64,000 nt of DNA from Euglena gracilis (Eukaryota), in the NCBI GenBank assembly GCA_039621445.1, contig CP154954.1, forward strand, positions 24,378,954-24,442,953, written 5' to 3'. The notes under the pieces are model-generated. The model had not been told where the DNA came from. It saw only the letters and a list, made by a program, of their open reading frames with translations, and searched no databases. Below are positions 1 through 11,169 of this stretch, piece after piece. Every line of letters starts with the position of its first letter. The first letter of the stretch is position 1. The position numbers and the translations under genes are program-made.

Positions 1-399
1 AAAGAGAAAAGGGGAGATTGATTTTTCCTCGTCCTCAACCCCGGCGAGCCTGCACTAGAAGATACCAAAAAAGAGGCTGGGAAACCCCAGGAGCCCCCCC
101 TTTGCCCCTCTTCAAAAAAAAGAAATGCAGGACCAGGCCTGCACGGAGAATTGGAAACAAAACGCGCCAAAGCGACCCACACGGGGGGGTTGGGTGAATC
201 AACAGGGGGGGGAGACGGGGCGAAAACGCCACCCCAGGGGAGGCCACCACCACAACAGGGGGTTGGGCAAAATGGGCAGGGGGTTGGGCCCTTGGGGCCC
301 CACCCCGGGGGGGGGGGGGCGGGCTGCACGGCACCCCAAAAACAAACCAAACCGGTGCCGGACCGGGGCCAAATGAAACAGTTTCCAGGAGCCACGAGC

Positions 400-2190
400 C
401 CCAGAACAGCGCCACCCCCAAAAATGGCGACCCCGAACACCACCCCGGATTTCTGGGGGCGCTGCCGAGGCAAGGTCCCTCGGACCCCCCGCCTCCCATC
501 TGCCAGGGTTGTAAAAAACGCCTGGTTGGGGGCCCAATCACACCCCGGGGTGGGCAAGGTCAAACCCAGCTGAAGGCCGGGCCGTAATAAAAATTTTTCG
601 GCATTCTTACCAATTACGCTTTTTTGGGTGGTGTGGGTGGCAACCCAGTGGGAGAACGAGAACGCCGGCCACCGACGTGCAGTGGTTTCGGGGGTTGTGA
701 AAGGAGTTTTGTCGCCCTCATGAGTGGGTGGACCACGCCCTTTCCCATGGCTTCGGGTGGCCCTATGCACCACATCTCAGCCCCCCTCCCCCATTGTCTC
801 CCCCAACGCATGGCTTTGGCTTTGCTTGATGCGCTCCCAACTTGTGTTGGACACGTTCAACCCGACGTGGGGGTGATGTGCAGGATGTTCCAAAACGCTT
901 GGCCGCCATTATTTTTTCTTTTCAAAATCAATTTTTTTTCAAACAAGCTCTTGATTTTTAACTTTTTTGCTGTTTGAGTTTTGCGGAAGACTTACCAGGG
1001 GGTTCTGGAGGCAGAGGGCCTTATCCCTCAAGGATGGTTCAATCTCCCCAACCTTCCCCCCCCCCCCAGCCAGCAACTCCCAGCAGGGCTGCATTGTGGC
1101 CAGTTCAACCCAGCTGAACCAAACCGGAAAGTTTCGTCACTTTTCAGTGGAGAGTGCCAAAGTGATGTGCAGTTTGCTTTGCTCAGTACCTCCAACCCCG
1201 TCCCAGCTTTCTTCCCCCCCCCCCTGCATGGCATGAACGGCTCTTTGCAATGAACCAAGCTACTCTGTTGAGTCCGATGTGATGTTTCACCGGCTGGGTA
1301 GGTCCAGGGGGGCATGCACATTCCACACTGGCTTCCCCCCTTCGGGGTTTGGGGTCCAGGCTTTGCCCCACTCTCCCGGCCCAGCATCGGACCCCCCTCC
1401 GACCCCCCCCCAAAAATTGGGCCATCTTAAATCATTTCCGAAAAGTTTCCGGCGCTTCGTGCCGAAACCCACACCAAGGAGCACTGGCCCAGAACCCCCC
1501 CCCCCTGGGGTGGCGACCCCGGACCAAAACACCTGGGGGGGTTCCGAGGTGAAAAGAAGCCAGTCCCTCTTATGGAGCGGCCCTGGTACTGCCCAGATAT
1601 CACCCTCGTACCTGGTACCTCCCTGAACGTCCTTGCCCAATAAACAGGGGTTTCAGACCGTAGATTCAATTAACACCTCTGTGACCGCTCTCACAACAGG
1701 GGGTGGGTTTTCAAAAGTGGGCAGGGGAGTTGGGGCCAGGTTGTTATTTTTTAAAGGTGGTGCCGACCCCACCCCGGGGGGGGGGGGGGGGGGGCTGCTT
1801 GGGCAGGCACTCCAAGGCACTCCCAATCCAACCCCCCCGGGGGGGGGGGGGGGGCAGGGTCACGGCCAAAAGTGCCCCGGCACAAACCCCGGTGCCGAAG
1901 GCGCCGGGAGCCAATAATGGCCTAGTTTCAAAGGAATTTGCCTCGGCGCAGGCCAAAATTTGACCCCGCGGGGGGGGGGGAGGTAGCGCCTGCCTGGACA
2001 AGCACCCCAAGGCACTCCGGACCCCCCCTCCCCCCCAGGGTTGGCAAAAAACGCCCGGTTGGGGCCCTCAACCCCCGGGGGGGTGCTCAATGGGTCAGGT
2101 CTTTTTGCCCAGCTGAAGGCCGGGCCGGAATAAATTTTTCGGCATTCTCGGCCAATTACGGCTGTATTTTGGGTGGGTGGGGTGGCCGGG
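400..2190 (+). repeat. Diverged direct repeat pair (~400-650 and ~1950-2190)
   Basis: cccagctgaaggccgggccg...aaatttttcggcattct...ccaattacg occurs at 565 and at 2108 (offset 1543); the flanks are loosely similar and homopolymer-rich. Confidence 0.6.
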
Positions 2191-2299
2191 GGGTTAACCC
2201 CGAGGGGGGGGGTGCGGTTGAAAAGAGTTGGTGGGTGGGTTTGGGTCCGGGAAAAGGTACCCACCGGTCTCTATGTGAATCTATGGTTCAGACTGTCAC

Positions 2300-2716
2300 C
2301 ATATATATATATATATACATATATATACATATATACATATAACATGCATTATATATACATATTATAGTATAGATAAATATATAGTATATATATATAGTAC
2401 GTATATTATTATGTATATATGAGAGAGTATAATAGATATGTATATATATACAGAGGTAGATATATCCAGCTAGATACATAGATATACATATATATATGGA
2501 TATTATGTATGTATAATATATTGTTAATATGGATCTTATGTATGTATATATATATGACGAGAGAGATATTAGATGAGATGATATGATATATATAGATGAG
2601 AGAGATATTAGATATAGATATAATATATAAGAAGATTATATATATATATATATATATTATATCTATTATATAGATATTATAGAGATATATAATATATATA
2701 TATATATATATATACC
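2300..2716. repeat. Degenerate (TA)n/(GA) microsatellite
   Basis: Continuous AT/GA dinucleotide low-complexity tract. Confidence 0.95.
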
Positions 2717-3654
2717 TTATCTACACAGAAAGTGAGCAAGGGCACCCCCTTGCCCAATGAACGCCCCCTTTCGGGCTGTCCAGATTGTCACCCGAGTGTT
2801 CATTGGGCTTGGGGGGGTTCATCCCCCCATCCTTAGCAAGGCTGGTCCATGACACACCCACCCACCCATGCCAACTGCACTTTCCTCGTACTTTTGTGTG
2901 TCAAGGGGGTGTACAGGGGGGGGGGTGTACAGGGGGGGGTGTACCAGTTGATAAGCATTCTTTGGAAAGCTTTCACATGGGCGTTTGCCGGTTGGGCAGG
3001 CCTCAAGTTAACTTGCCTGCCCAACAAACGGAATCTGTCGGGTCTTCTAAAAGGGTTCAAGCCACGCAATGGAGCTGGCCAGAAAGGACCTTTTGTCCCC
3101 TCCCCCCTTTGGGTTCTGCATTGCCTTTGAGATCCTTGACGGTGCCCTTTCTGCTTCTTTCTTGTTTTTTACTGCCTTTGGCCGTCAAATACATTTTGCC
3201 TCATGGCACTCTTGGTTACTCTTAGTCATTTCTGGCGACTTTGCACTCTTGGTCACTCTTGGTCATTTCTGGCCTCCTTTGGCCACCGTTGGCCACGCAG
3301 GCCACTTTTGGCCATTTTGGCTGCTTCTTGGCTGCCTTTGACAGCTTTTTTGGCACTCTGCTGTTTCAGGCAAATTTTTGGTCACTTCTGGCATAATTAT
3401 TTGCATCCCCACATCCGCTCCAGTACCCACATTCACGTGTAAATTCTTGTGGATTCATAACTTGTAAAAACAGCCATCAATGGTTAAAAGCGATGAAATA
3501 GTGGATAAAATTACCAAACAGAACAAAAAGAAGCATCAAAAAGGTCAAAAAAGAAGCACCAAAATGGGCCACAAAAGACCAAAAAGACCAAAATCGGGCA
3601 AAAATGACAGAAAACAAAGGTGGTTCAAAATGGAAGAGAAAGAAATGCCCCAAG

Positions 3655-4868
3655 ATGGCTTTGCTTGCGGCGCCTTGGTGTGGTGTTTTTGGGTTGTTTG
3701 TTAAAGCGTGGGGAGGAGGTGCCGGGGTGTGTGGGTGTGGTGTGACCAAGTGGGTGGGAAGGACGCAAGATAAGGAAGGTAGGTGCGGGCTGTTTGACAA
3801 GGGAAGCACACAGGAGAAGAAATAGGGTCCACAGGGAATGAAGGGGACGGGTGTCTGCCACCCAATTTAAACCCGGGATCCGCGCAACCAGTTTTGTGGC
3901 AAAGAACCCAGCGGAAGAAGCCCAACCCTTGAAGGACAAAATTGTGTTTATTTGCACAAATGCGCGCATAAACATAATTGTGTTGGTGCGCGCATGTGCA
4001 CAAGTAAACACAGTTTTGCCTTTCAAGGGTTGGCCATGAACTGACGCCGTCGATACACGGCGTGACAAAGGGGCCGTGACGGCGCGAACGGGGGGGGGGT
4101 ACTGCAATCCCTTAAGCAAATGCCTGATTCGGGTAGCTGCGCACCCACCTTCAGGAGATCCTCTATGTCCGTCTTTTGTGGGACCTGTCAGTGGACCAGA
4201 AACGGCACCTTGATACCATGTGCCGGAGGAGACGGGGTGGTCATTTGGGTTGAACCTATTCAGAAATAATTAATGGTAGCTGTTAGAGGTCCAAATGAAG
4301 CCGCTTTTTACTCCTCCATTGGTTGTTTATTTGCACATTTGTGCGCATCACTTTGTTGGTTGGCGCAAATGCGCAAATGAGCCAGATGCAAATTGCGCAA
4401 TTTTTCATGTTGTTCATTTGCACGAACAAATATAATTATGTTTATGGGCGCATTTGCGCCCACCAACACAATTTGTGTTGGTGGGCGCAAATGCGCCCAT
4501 AAACATTTTTTGTTACACCCCTCTGTTGGAGGGGATTAACTCCCGGTGTTTTGGTATGCATGCTGCTTACCGAGTGACGCGAAGAGGGCCGAGGGTGAGA
4601 CTGGTGCTCTCGCACATCAAACAGGTTGGAAGCACACACCCGCTGTTACGACTACTCGTACTGGTGCTGAAATGGTGACTAAACTTGCTTGGATACTGAC
4701 AGCCGCCCGTAAGAACACACGGAGCCTTATTACATCACATACGACTATACTACGATACTACGACAGCCAGAGTTCATAAGCTGTTTTCTGTGTGTGCAGG
4801 GTACAGATTTGCGCAAATGCGCCCATTTCAAAGAAAAAACCCTTAAGTGCGAATCCGGCCGCCTAAGT
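3655..4868. mobile_element. Hairpin-punctuated element 'A', copy 1 (decayed DNA transposon, superfamily uncertain)
   Basis: 3655-4088 aligns directly with 48135-48560. 4127-4350 and 4511-4770 align with copy 2 in reverse complement. Both copies share the terminus cccttaagtg(c/t)gaat..ggccgcctaagt and carry TTTGCGCA/TGCGCAAA motif clusters. Confidence 0.75.
4090..4126. mobile_element. Solo terminus of the CAGGCTTTTGCTTAAG MITE family
   Basis: ggggtactgcaatcccttaagcaaatgcctg matches the end of the MITE at 39737-40169. Confidence 0.8.
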
Positions 4869-5764
4869 TAGTCCACTTTTCACTTTTCCTTTCTTTGATC
4901 ATTTTTAACCCACTTTTGGCCAAAAATTGGGGCATGTGAGGCCCCCAACTTGAGTGTGGGGGCTCCACATGTAGGGGTTCTGTGCTATGATAAATGGACC
5001 AAAAATGTGTCAAAAATGGCGAAATTTGGGGTCAATTGGCAGTTTTTTTGGGGGGCATATTTGCGATTGCATTTATTTATGCGATCTCATTTACCTGCTT
5101 CGACCCTGGGTCTGGCTCAGCCCCAGCCCAGGACCAAGCACCAAAAGTAAAAATGGCCGAAAATGGCCGAAAATGGCCGAAATGGCCGAAAATGAGAAAA
5201 AAATTGTTGCAATTCTTTTTCGAATTTATTTTGCCTAATAGTTTCTTTTTCCCTGAAGGGCAATTTCCAGTGCTACTGATTCTTGTCTCTGTACAGCCTC
5301 TCTTCTCCTGCTGTCATGCCTGGCCCTGCAACACATGCTGCTCTAAGAACCACCTCCGAATGAATGGGTTATTTTGGGCCAAAGCTGAAGGTTTTGATGA
5401 TATTTCAGAAAAATTTTTTGACAAAGGCGGCACTGGTATTTTTTTTGTATATTTTGAAGAATTAAACCCATTTTTGGGATAATTTCTCCACAAATCTCCA
5501 ATATTACACCCATCTGGGCTATTTTGGATCAATTTTTGTTAATTTTGGGGTATTTTGCACTGATTTGGCAAATATTAGGCCATTTTATGGCATTTTGGCC
5601 ATTTTGCACCATTTTGGTGATTTTGGGCTATTTTTCACAATTTTTTGTGGACATTGTTGGCGTTTTTGGGCAATTTTTGGTTATTTGAAGCCATTTTAGG
5701 TGATTTTAGTTGTTTTTGGGGGCTTTTTGTGGTCAATTTTGGGTTTTTTGTGCTCCTTTGTTTT

Positions 5765-6240
5765 GGTCCGGCATTCACAATATCGTCAGCTGCGCGGACT
5801 GGGAGCGCCTGCTGCCCATGCGGAGAGCGCACCATGAGCCACCGCATGCTCCACGCCCTCCTCCACCGCGGCCTCCTCACCCACGCCGACGTGCAGCTTG
5901 TTTGCACCACCCACGCCCGCTGCCAGTCCGATTTCGGGTCTACACCGAGGACCAGCTGGCCAAGGTCAAGCTGTCCCGCGTCTACGGCCGCGGTCCCTAC
6001 TGGGACGGCACAGAGTACTGCCACTACGAGATGACCACCAGCGGTTGGAGCTACCGCTCGTTTTACCTGCAGCCCGTCTTCAACGTCGTCCTCGAGGACT
6101 AGGCCGTCCGCATGTTCGACCTCTGCCGGCCCATCCCCCTGCACGCCCTCATCCAGATCAACATCGACGCCGTGAAGTACCACATCCGCCCCGAGCACCA
6201 GCACGCGGAGTGGGTGCGCACCCTCGAGAACCACCGCTAG
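5765..6240 (+). pseudogene. GC-rich coding remnant, tentatively a B-family DNA polymerase fragment of Polinton-like virus type
   Basis: C/G-ending codons inside AT-rich flanks. Across frameshifts and one stop it reads ...LLPMR/GERTMSHRMLHALLHRGLLTHADVQLV...FYLQPVFNVVLED*AVRMFDLCRPIPLHALIQINIDAVKY; INIDAV resembles PolB motif C (xDTDS). Family call is from memory only. Confidence 0.45.
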
Positions 6241-6888
6241 AACATGGACGGTGCTGACACTGCTGGACAAGATGCACATCTGGACAAGGTGCAGACGTTG
6301 GGCAATTGGGTGAGCATATTTGATGTCAATATTTCAACATAATGGGCCGATCACATGTTTGCTTGCTTTTGTTCTGCCGCTCGAGCTGAGCGCAATTTCA
6401 CCCAATTTTGCCACATCCAGATGGATGATTGTCTCAACATGACGGATGAAGTTTTACATCAAGGCTTCTTGAAGTCATGGATGTGTGCCATTTAGGTTTT
6501 TCACCATGTCAATTATTTGTGAGAGTTTCAAACAAAAAAAATCCTGCTTCGTCATTCGGCAACGTTCTCTTCATTCCGATTGAGTTCAACTTCCCACGAC
6601 ATTTATTTTATTTGTTTCTTTTGAAACCATTCAAATTAGCACCCCCCCCCAAGTTCCTTTTGTGGATTCCAGTTGGAGTTTATCCAATGTTCGGAAAAGA
6701 AGCTTATTCCCAAAGCCTTGCATTTGCATATTGCAACCAAAAACTTTTTAATCCCGACCACTCATTCCAAACGGACCTCCTTGGATGTGTTCGCTTGATG
6801 GCCGAAAATGGTCGAAAATGGCCGAAAATGGCAAAAATCGGGGTGGGTCAACTACGGGTGCTTGCCCGGGACCCAATGGGGGGGGGGG

Positions 6889-7532
6889 CAGGGCAGAACG
6901 GGAATCGGCCGAACAGCCAGGGTGGTGGGTGGGGGGGGTCGACCCCCCCCACCCCCTGCCTGGTGGGTGGGGACCCCTCCCACCCCCTGCATGGTGGGGG
7001 GGGGGTCGACCCCCCCACCACCTCTTCCCGTATTTCTGGGAGCGCCAATTTTTGGACCCGAAAAAATTTTGCTGCGCCTTTGGCGCCGGGTCTTTTTTTT
7101 TGGACCCATTTTGGGACCCATATAGGGTGTCCTCCCAAAAACCACCCAAAACCCCATTTTTTCACACTTTCCAAAAATTCAACGTTTTCTAAATTTTTTG
7201 ATTTTGAGTGGTTTTGAAGCAGAAAATGCCATTGAAAGTCCAAGAAAATTCAAAGAGAAAAAATGTCAGTAAAATTTGACTGTGCCAAGATTTTGTCCAC
7301 TTTTTTTTTGACCTTCGTTTTTTTTTACCCCCCCCCCTCTTAAAAACTACCATTTTTTAACCCTGATTTTTTTGAGATTTTTTTGCGAAAAAAATGTGGT
7401 TTTCCCTCAAAAAATCATGTGTTTTGGGTTCTTTTTCTGGCCAACATCCCCGTTTTCCCGAAATCGGTGAAAATGCTGTGGTGGGTGGGGGGGTCGACCC
7501 CACCCCCCACCAGGCTTTCCCGTTCTGCCCTG
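6889..7532. mobile_element. hAT-type MITE (TIR CAGGGCAGAACGGGAA) inserted in a poly-G run
   Basis: cagggcagaacgggaa at 6889 and ttcccgttctgccctg ending at 7532, with at least 8 G on both sides. Partial relatives at 19456-19711, ~20440-20625 and 40741-40965. Confidence 0.85.
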
Positions 7533-7982
7533 GGGGGGGGGGTCAGTCAGCAGCATTTTTCCAGCCAGCCCAAATTTCCCAAATTTCGTTAAAAAACACA
7601 CTGTGTGTTTTTTTTGATCCCGACACCCCATCACAGCGTCGGAACCGTTCCCAGGAGCCGTTCGAGCCACATCGCACCCGCAGTCCAAGCTCTGGCACAA
7701 CGTTATTGTAGCCCCCACTCCTTCCCTGACCCAGTCCCCGCATAGCCTCAGGCGGCCGACTTTGCCCGGTGACTTTTCGGGGAAACCCACCCATGTTGTG
7801 TTCATCATTCCAGGGGCCCTGACCTGTGTGGGACAGAGGGCCGATGGCACAGGCACCCCTGCTTCACGTTGCACACAGACACAACAAGTTCCTTCATCCC
7901 CCCGCCGGGGCTCCCTCCTTTCCTCAAGGCCAATTTTATCCCGCCAAAAATCTTTGGTTTTGCAGACCTGTGGGGGGGGGGG

Positions 7983-8346
7983 CAGGATTTTTTAAGGCAT
8001 TTATGGCCCTATTTTTCAGGGCGGTCAAAGGGCTGTCCAGGCATCAAACCAACATATCTGATTTTCTTCGTTCGTCCAATATCAATAAAAATTCAAAAAA
8101 AACACATTCTTTGAGTTTTGGCAGGATAGACCATGACCTTGCGATACCAGCAATCATTTTTCTTCCCAGAGCTCGCATTTTTTTGCCAAGGCTTTGTGCA
8201 ATTTTTTCCTTTTGGAGAAAATTCTTCCAACCCAGAATTTTAAGGCATTTCAAGGCATTTTGGCCAAAAGATTTAAGGCGCATTTTAAGGCGCATTTTAA
8301 GGCGCATTTTAAGGCACTTTAAGGCGCCTTAAAAAAATCAGGGCTG
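7983..8346. mobile_element. MITE-like element with TTTTAAGG(CGCA) subterminal arrays
   Basis: Starts caggattttttaagg and ends with a 12-bp tandem ttttaaggcgca then ccttaaaaaaatcagggctg; same motif arrays as 11395-12664 and 32347-32772. Confidence 0.55.
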
Positions 8347-8387
8347 CTGCAGCTAGCCCTGATTTTGGCCTCAGCACCCCCCCCTCT

Positions 8388-8659
8388 CAGGGTTTTTTTT
8401 AGCCTTGGACCCCCGGGGGAGTGGGGGGGGGTAGGGTGGATAGGTCCGGCTGAGCCCCCCACCCCCCTAGGGGGGGGGGTCGCTCCGGAGGGGGGGATAT
8501 ATTTTTTTCCCGGCGCCAAAAACTTAAAAAAAAGGTGCTTGTTTTAGCAGTTCGCGATTTTTGGCCATTTTCGGAGAAAGGTGGGTGGAGAAAGGGGGTC
8601 CCCCCAGGACCCCCCCCCAGGGCTGCCCCCACCCACCCCCCGGTCTTAAAAAAAAACTG
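8388..8659. mobile_element. hAT-type MITE (family of 35513-35812)
   Basis: cagggttttttttag ... cttaaaaaaaaactg in C-rich flanks; internal similarity to 35513-35812 and 23704-23925. Confidence 0.7.
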
Positions 8660-11169
8660 CCCCCCCCCCCCTCCTGGGGTATGGGGTCCCTTTTTGCTGG
8701 GTCCAGCCCGAAACTTTTCAAAAATAGCCAAAAATGTTTTGGGGGGTTTTGGGCCTTTTCGGGGCTGTCCTTCAGTCCTTTCAGTTGTCATATTCTTTTC
8801 AAAACTGCGTTTTGCAGGACATTTTTTGGGGCATTGTCCGATTTCGGCCAAGCCTGGCCGAAATCGAAAAACAGATGTATGGATGTATGGATCCCACTGA
8901 CACTGTGGTTCCAGATTTGTGGAGGTGGGAAAGGAGGGCCCTGTTGGCTGTGGTCATGCTGTGAAGCGGCACACTGATTTCGACCCAAGAATCTGATTTC
9001 AGTGGCGAAACACCGTGCAATGTGCAACCCCCCCTTCCCGAAACCGGTATGCCTGTGAACCTGTCAGGGTTTACTGCCAGGGTTTGCCAACCTACCAGTA
9101 CCGGAAGTCGTGAGGGTTCCCACAACACCATCACTTAAGGTGTCTGTGTCCCCCCACGCCCCCGGTACCGACTGGCCTGTCGCGTGACAGTTCCTGGGGG
9201 GGGGGGGCACCCCCTTTTCCCGAAGCCCCACGGGTGCAGTCGGCCGGCTCGGATCGCCCCTCTCCGCTGCCCCCCTCCTCCGCGGTGGACCGGGGGGCGC
9301 GCTCTGCCTCGCCGCCGTCACCGCCGGGGAGTGTCCCCTCCTCTCGCCGTCGGCACCAAAAGCCTGTGGTCCCCTGGCCTTGGGGCGTCGCACAGGGGGC
9401 TGGGCGGGGACCCCCAAACCCCACCGGTTTTGGCCCGAACCTCCCACCCCCTCCCGTATTTTCGCTTGCGCTGTTTTTGGTCAACTTTTCCTTCGGCACC
9501 GAAAGAACCTTTCCTCGTGCAATGGTGGGTGGGGAGTCTCTCACCTCCTGGCTTGGGGGGGGTGGCTTCTCATACTGCCCTGGTAGGTTGAGGTGACCAG
9601 GCGACCTCGACGGTGGTTGTGGGGGATGTGACATCTCCCCTTTGGGCAGATTCTCTTCCCTGGCGTTTTTAGTCGAAATGTTCATACGTTTCTGCTTTTT
9701 TGCCAATTTTTTTGGGCGGCCAATCTTGCACTGTAAGCGTGTTGCCTTGAACTGTGCAAACCTTCCATTTTTTTCCACTTCCTGAAGCTTGGGTTCAGGT
9801 TTTTGAGGTGCCTGGCGACCCACCGGTCCTCTGTGCGTTGATCTTCACCATTTTCCAGGATTTTGAAAACTCGGTGAAAGACGAAGGTTCGTCATTTCTT
9901 TTGCCCTTAAAATTATTCCGAACCTTGGGGGGAAAGCCGAACAAGTTAATTCTCAAATTCTTACACATCATTGGCTGAAACGGTTAGGGAGGTGAATCAG
10001 AAATCCTAAAAGACGCATCCCCTTTCGGGGTCTGGAACTTTTCGGGTCTGGAAATGATGAACACAACCACGTGTAGTCTCACAACAACAGTGACAAGTGC
10101 CCTTTGTCAAGCTTTTTTTGGAGTCGTGTTGCAAAACATGGGGAATGAAAGTTTCATAAAGCAATTGATGATCCCTTTTCACACCGGACCTCGTTCTTTT
10201 TGTACAGATAATTCTCCTTCAACTTTGTTCAATGTGTGCATTGTTGTCTGAACCCATCTGGGATGCTCGGCCCCTGTATCATCAGATTAAACGCCAATTA
10301 AAGGTTTCATACCTGAATAAGAGATGAGGTTCGCACTTGTCGAGTGATAAAGAAAAGTACTTCCGCTGTGAAAGGATGGATGTGTTGACTGAAAACGCTT
10401 GGCATTCAGGTGGTATATGATGCAGTATCGCTAGCTGGAGTCAACTTGAACCCCAACGTTGGCCCTGGGCGGTCGCGTGCCAATGGGGCTGCGGGGGTTC
10501 AATGGGTTGGCGGGGATGCCGCGCACCGTGTGTCGGCATCTTTATTGGACAAATCCCCTCAAAAAAAATGCCGGGAATTATTTTGAACAATAAAGTCTCG
10601 CGAACCTGAAGAGAGTTTACACCAAATCCTGAGGTTTTCCCAAGTCCAAGAAACACAAGAGTTCTTAACCTCCAAAATTGCCGAATGAAGCATGCAGCAA
10701 CAGGTGATTTGTGAAGGAAATTATTCTAGGATTGGCGCAAAGCGCCAAATAAATTTTTTGGGCGTTCATTGAGGAAATTGTATTTTTTCTACATTTTATG
10801 GGGAAGACCTGGACGGATATGAATCAAGAATATTTCCTGCTGTTAAAGTCCCCCCCGGCATGGGCATTCGCCAGGCTTTGACTCGGAATACTCCGGCATA
10901 CCGTGCACACACCTGCCACCGGCCGAGGGACGATAAAGTAAAGGGGGGAACAAGCAGCGGAGTTTGTGTTTTTTTGGGGGGGGGAACTACCAGAAAAAAA
11001 AATGGTTGAAATAGAATTCCAACGATATTTGGCCCCTGTGCTGGCTGAGTTGCCCCCCAGGGTACTGGGTCTGGGCTGGACACGGGGGGGGGGGAGGGTG
11101 CCAGAGGCCGATGGGTTTCGCCACGAAGCCAGGTTCATGGGGGAGGGGTCTTTGCCCCTCCATCCATAC

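Noticed and set aside
35-2300. Many overlapping Gly/Pro-rich ORFs (also throughout the MITE-rich regions)
   Set aside because: Produced by poly-G/C runs and low stop density; no recognisable domains or consistent codon bias
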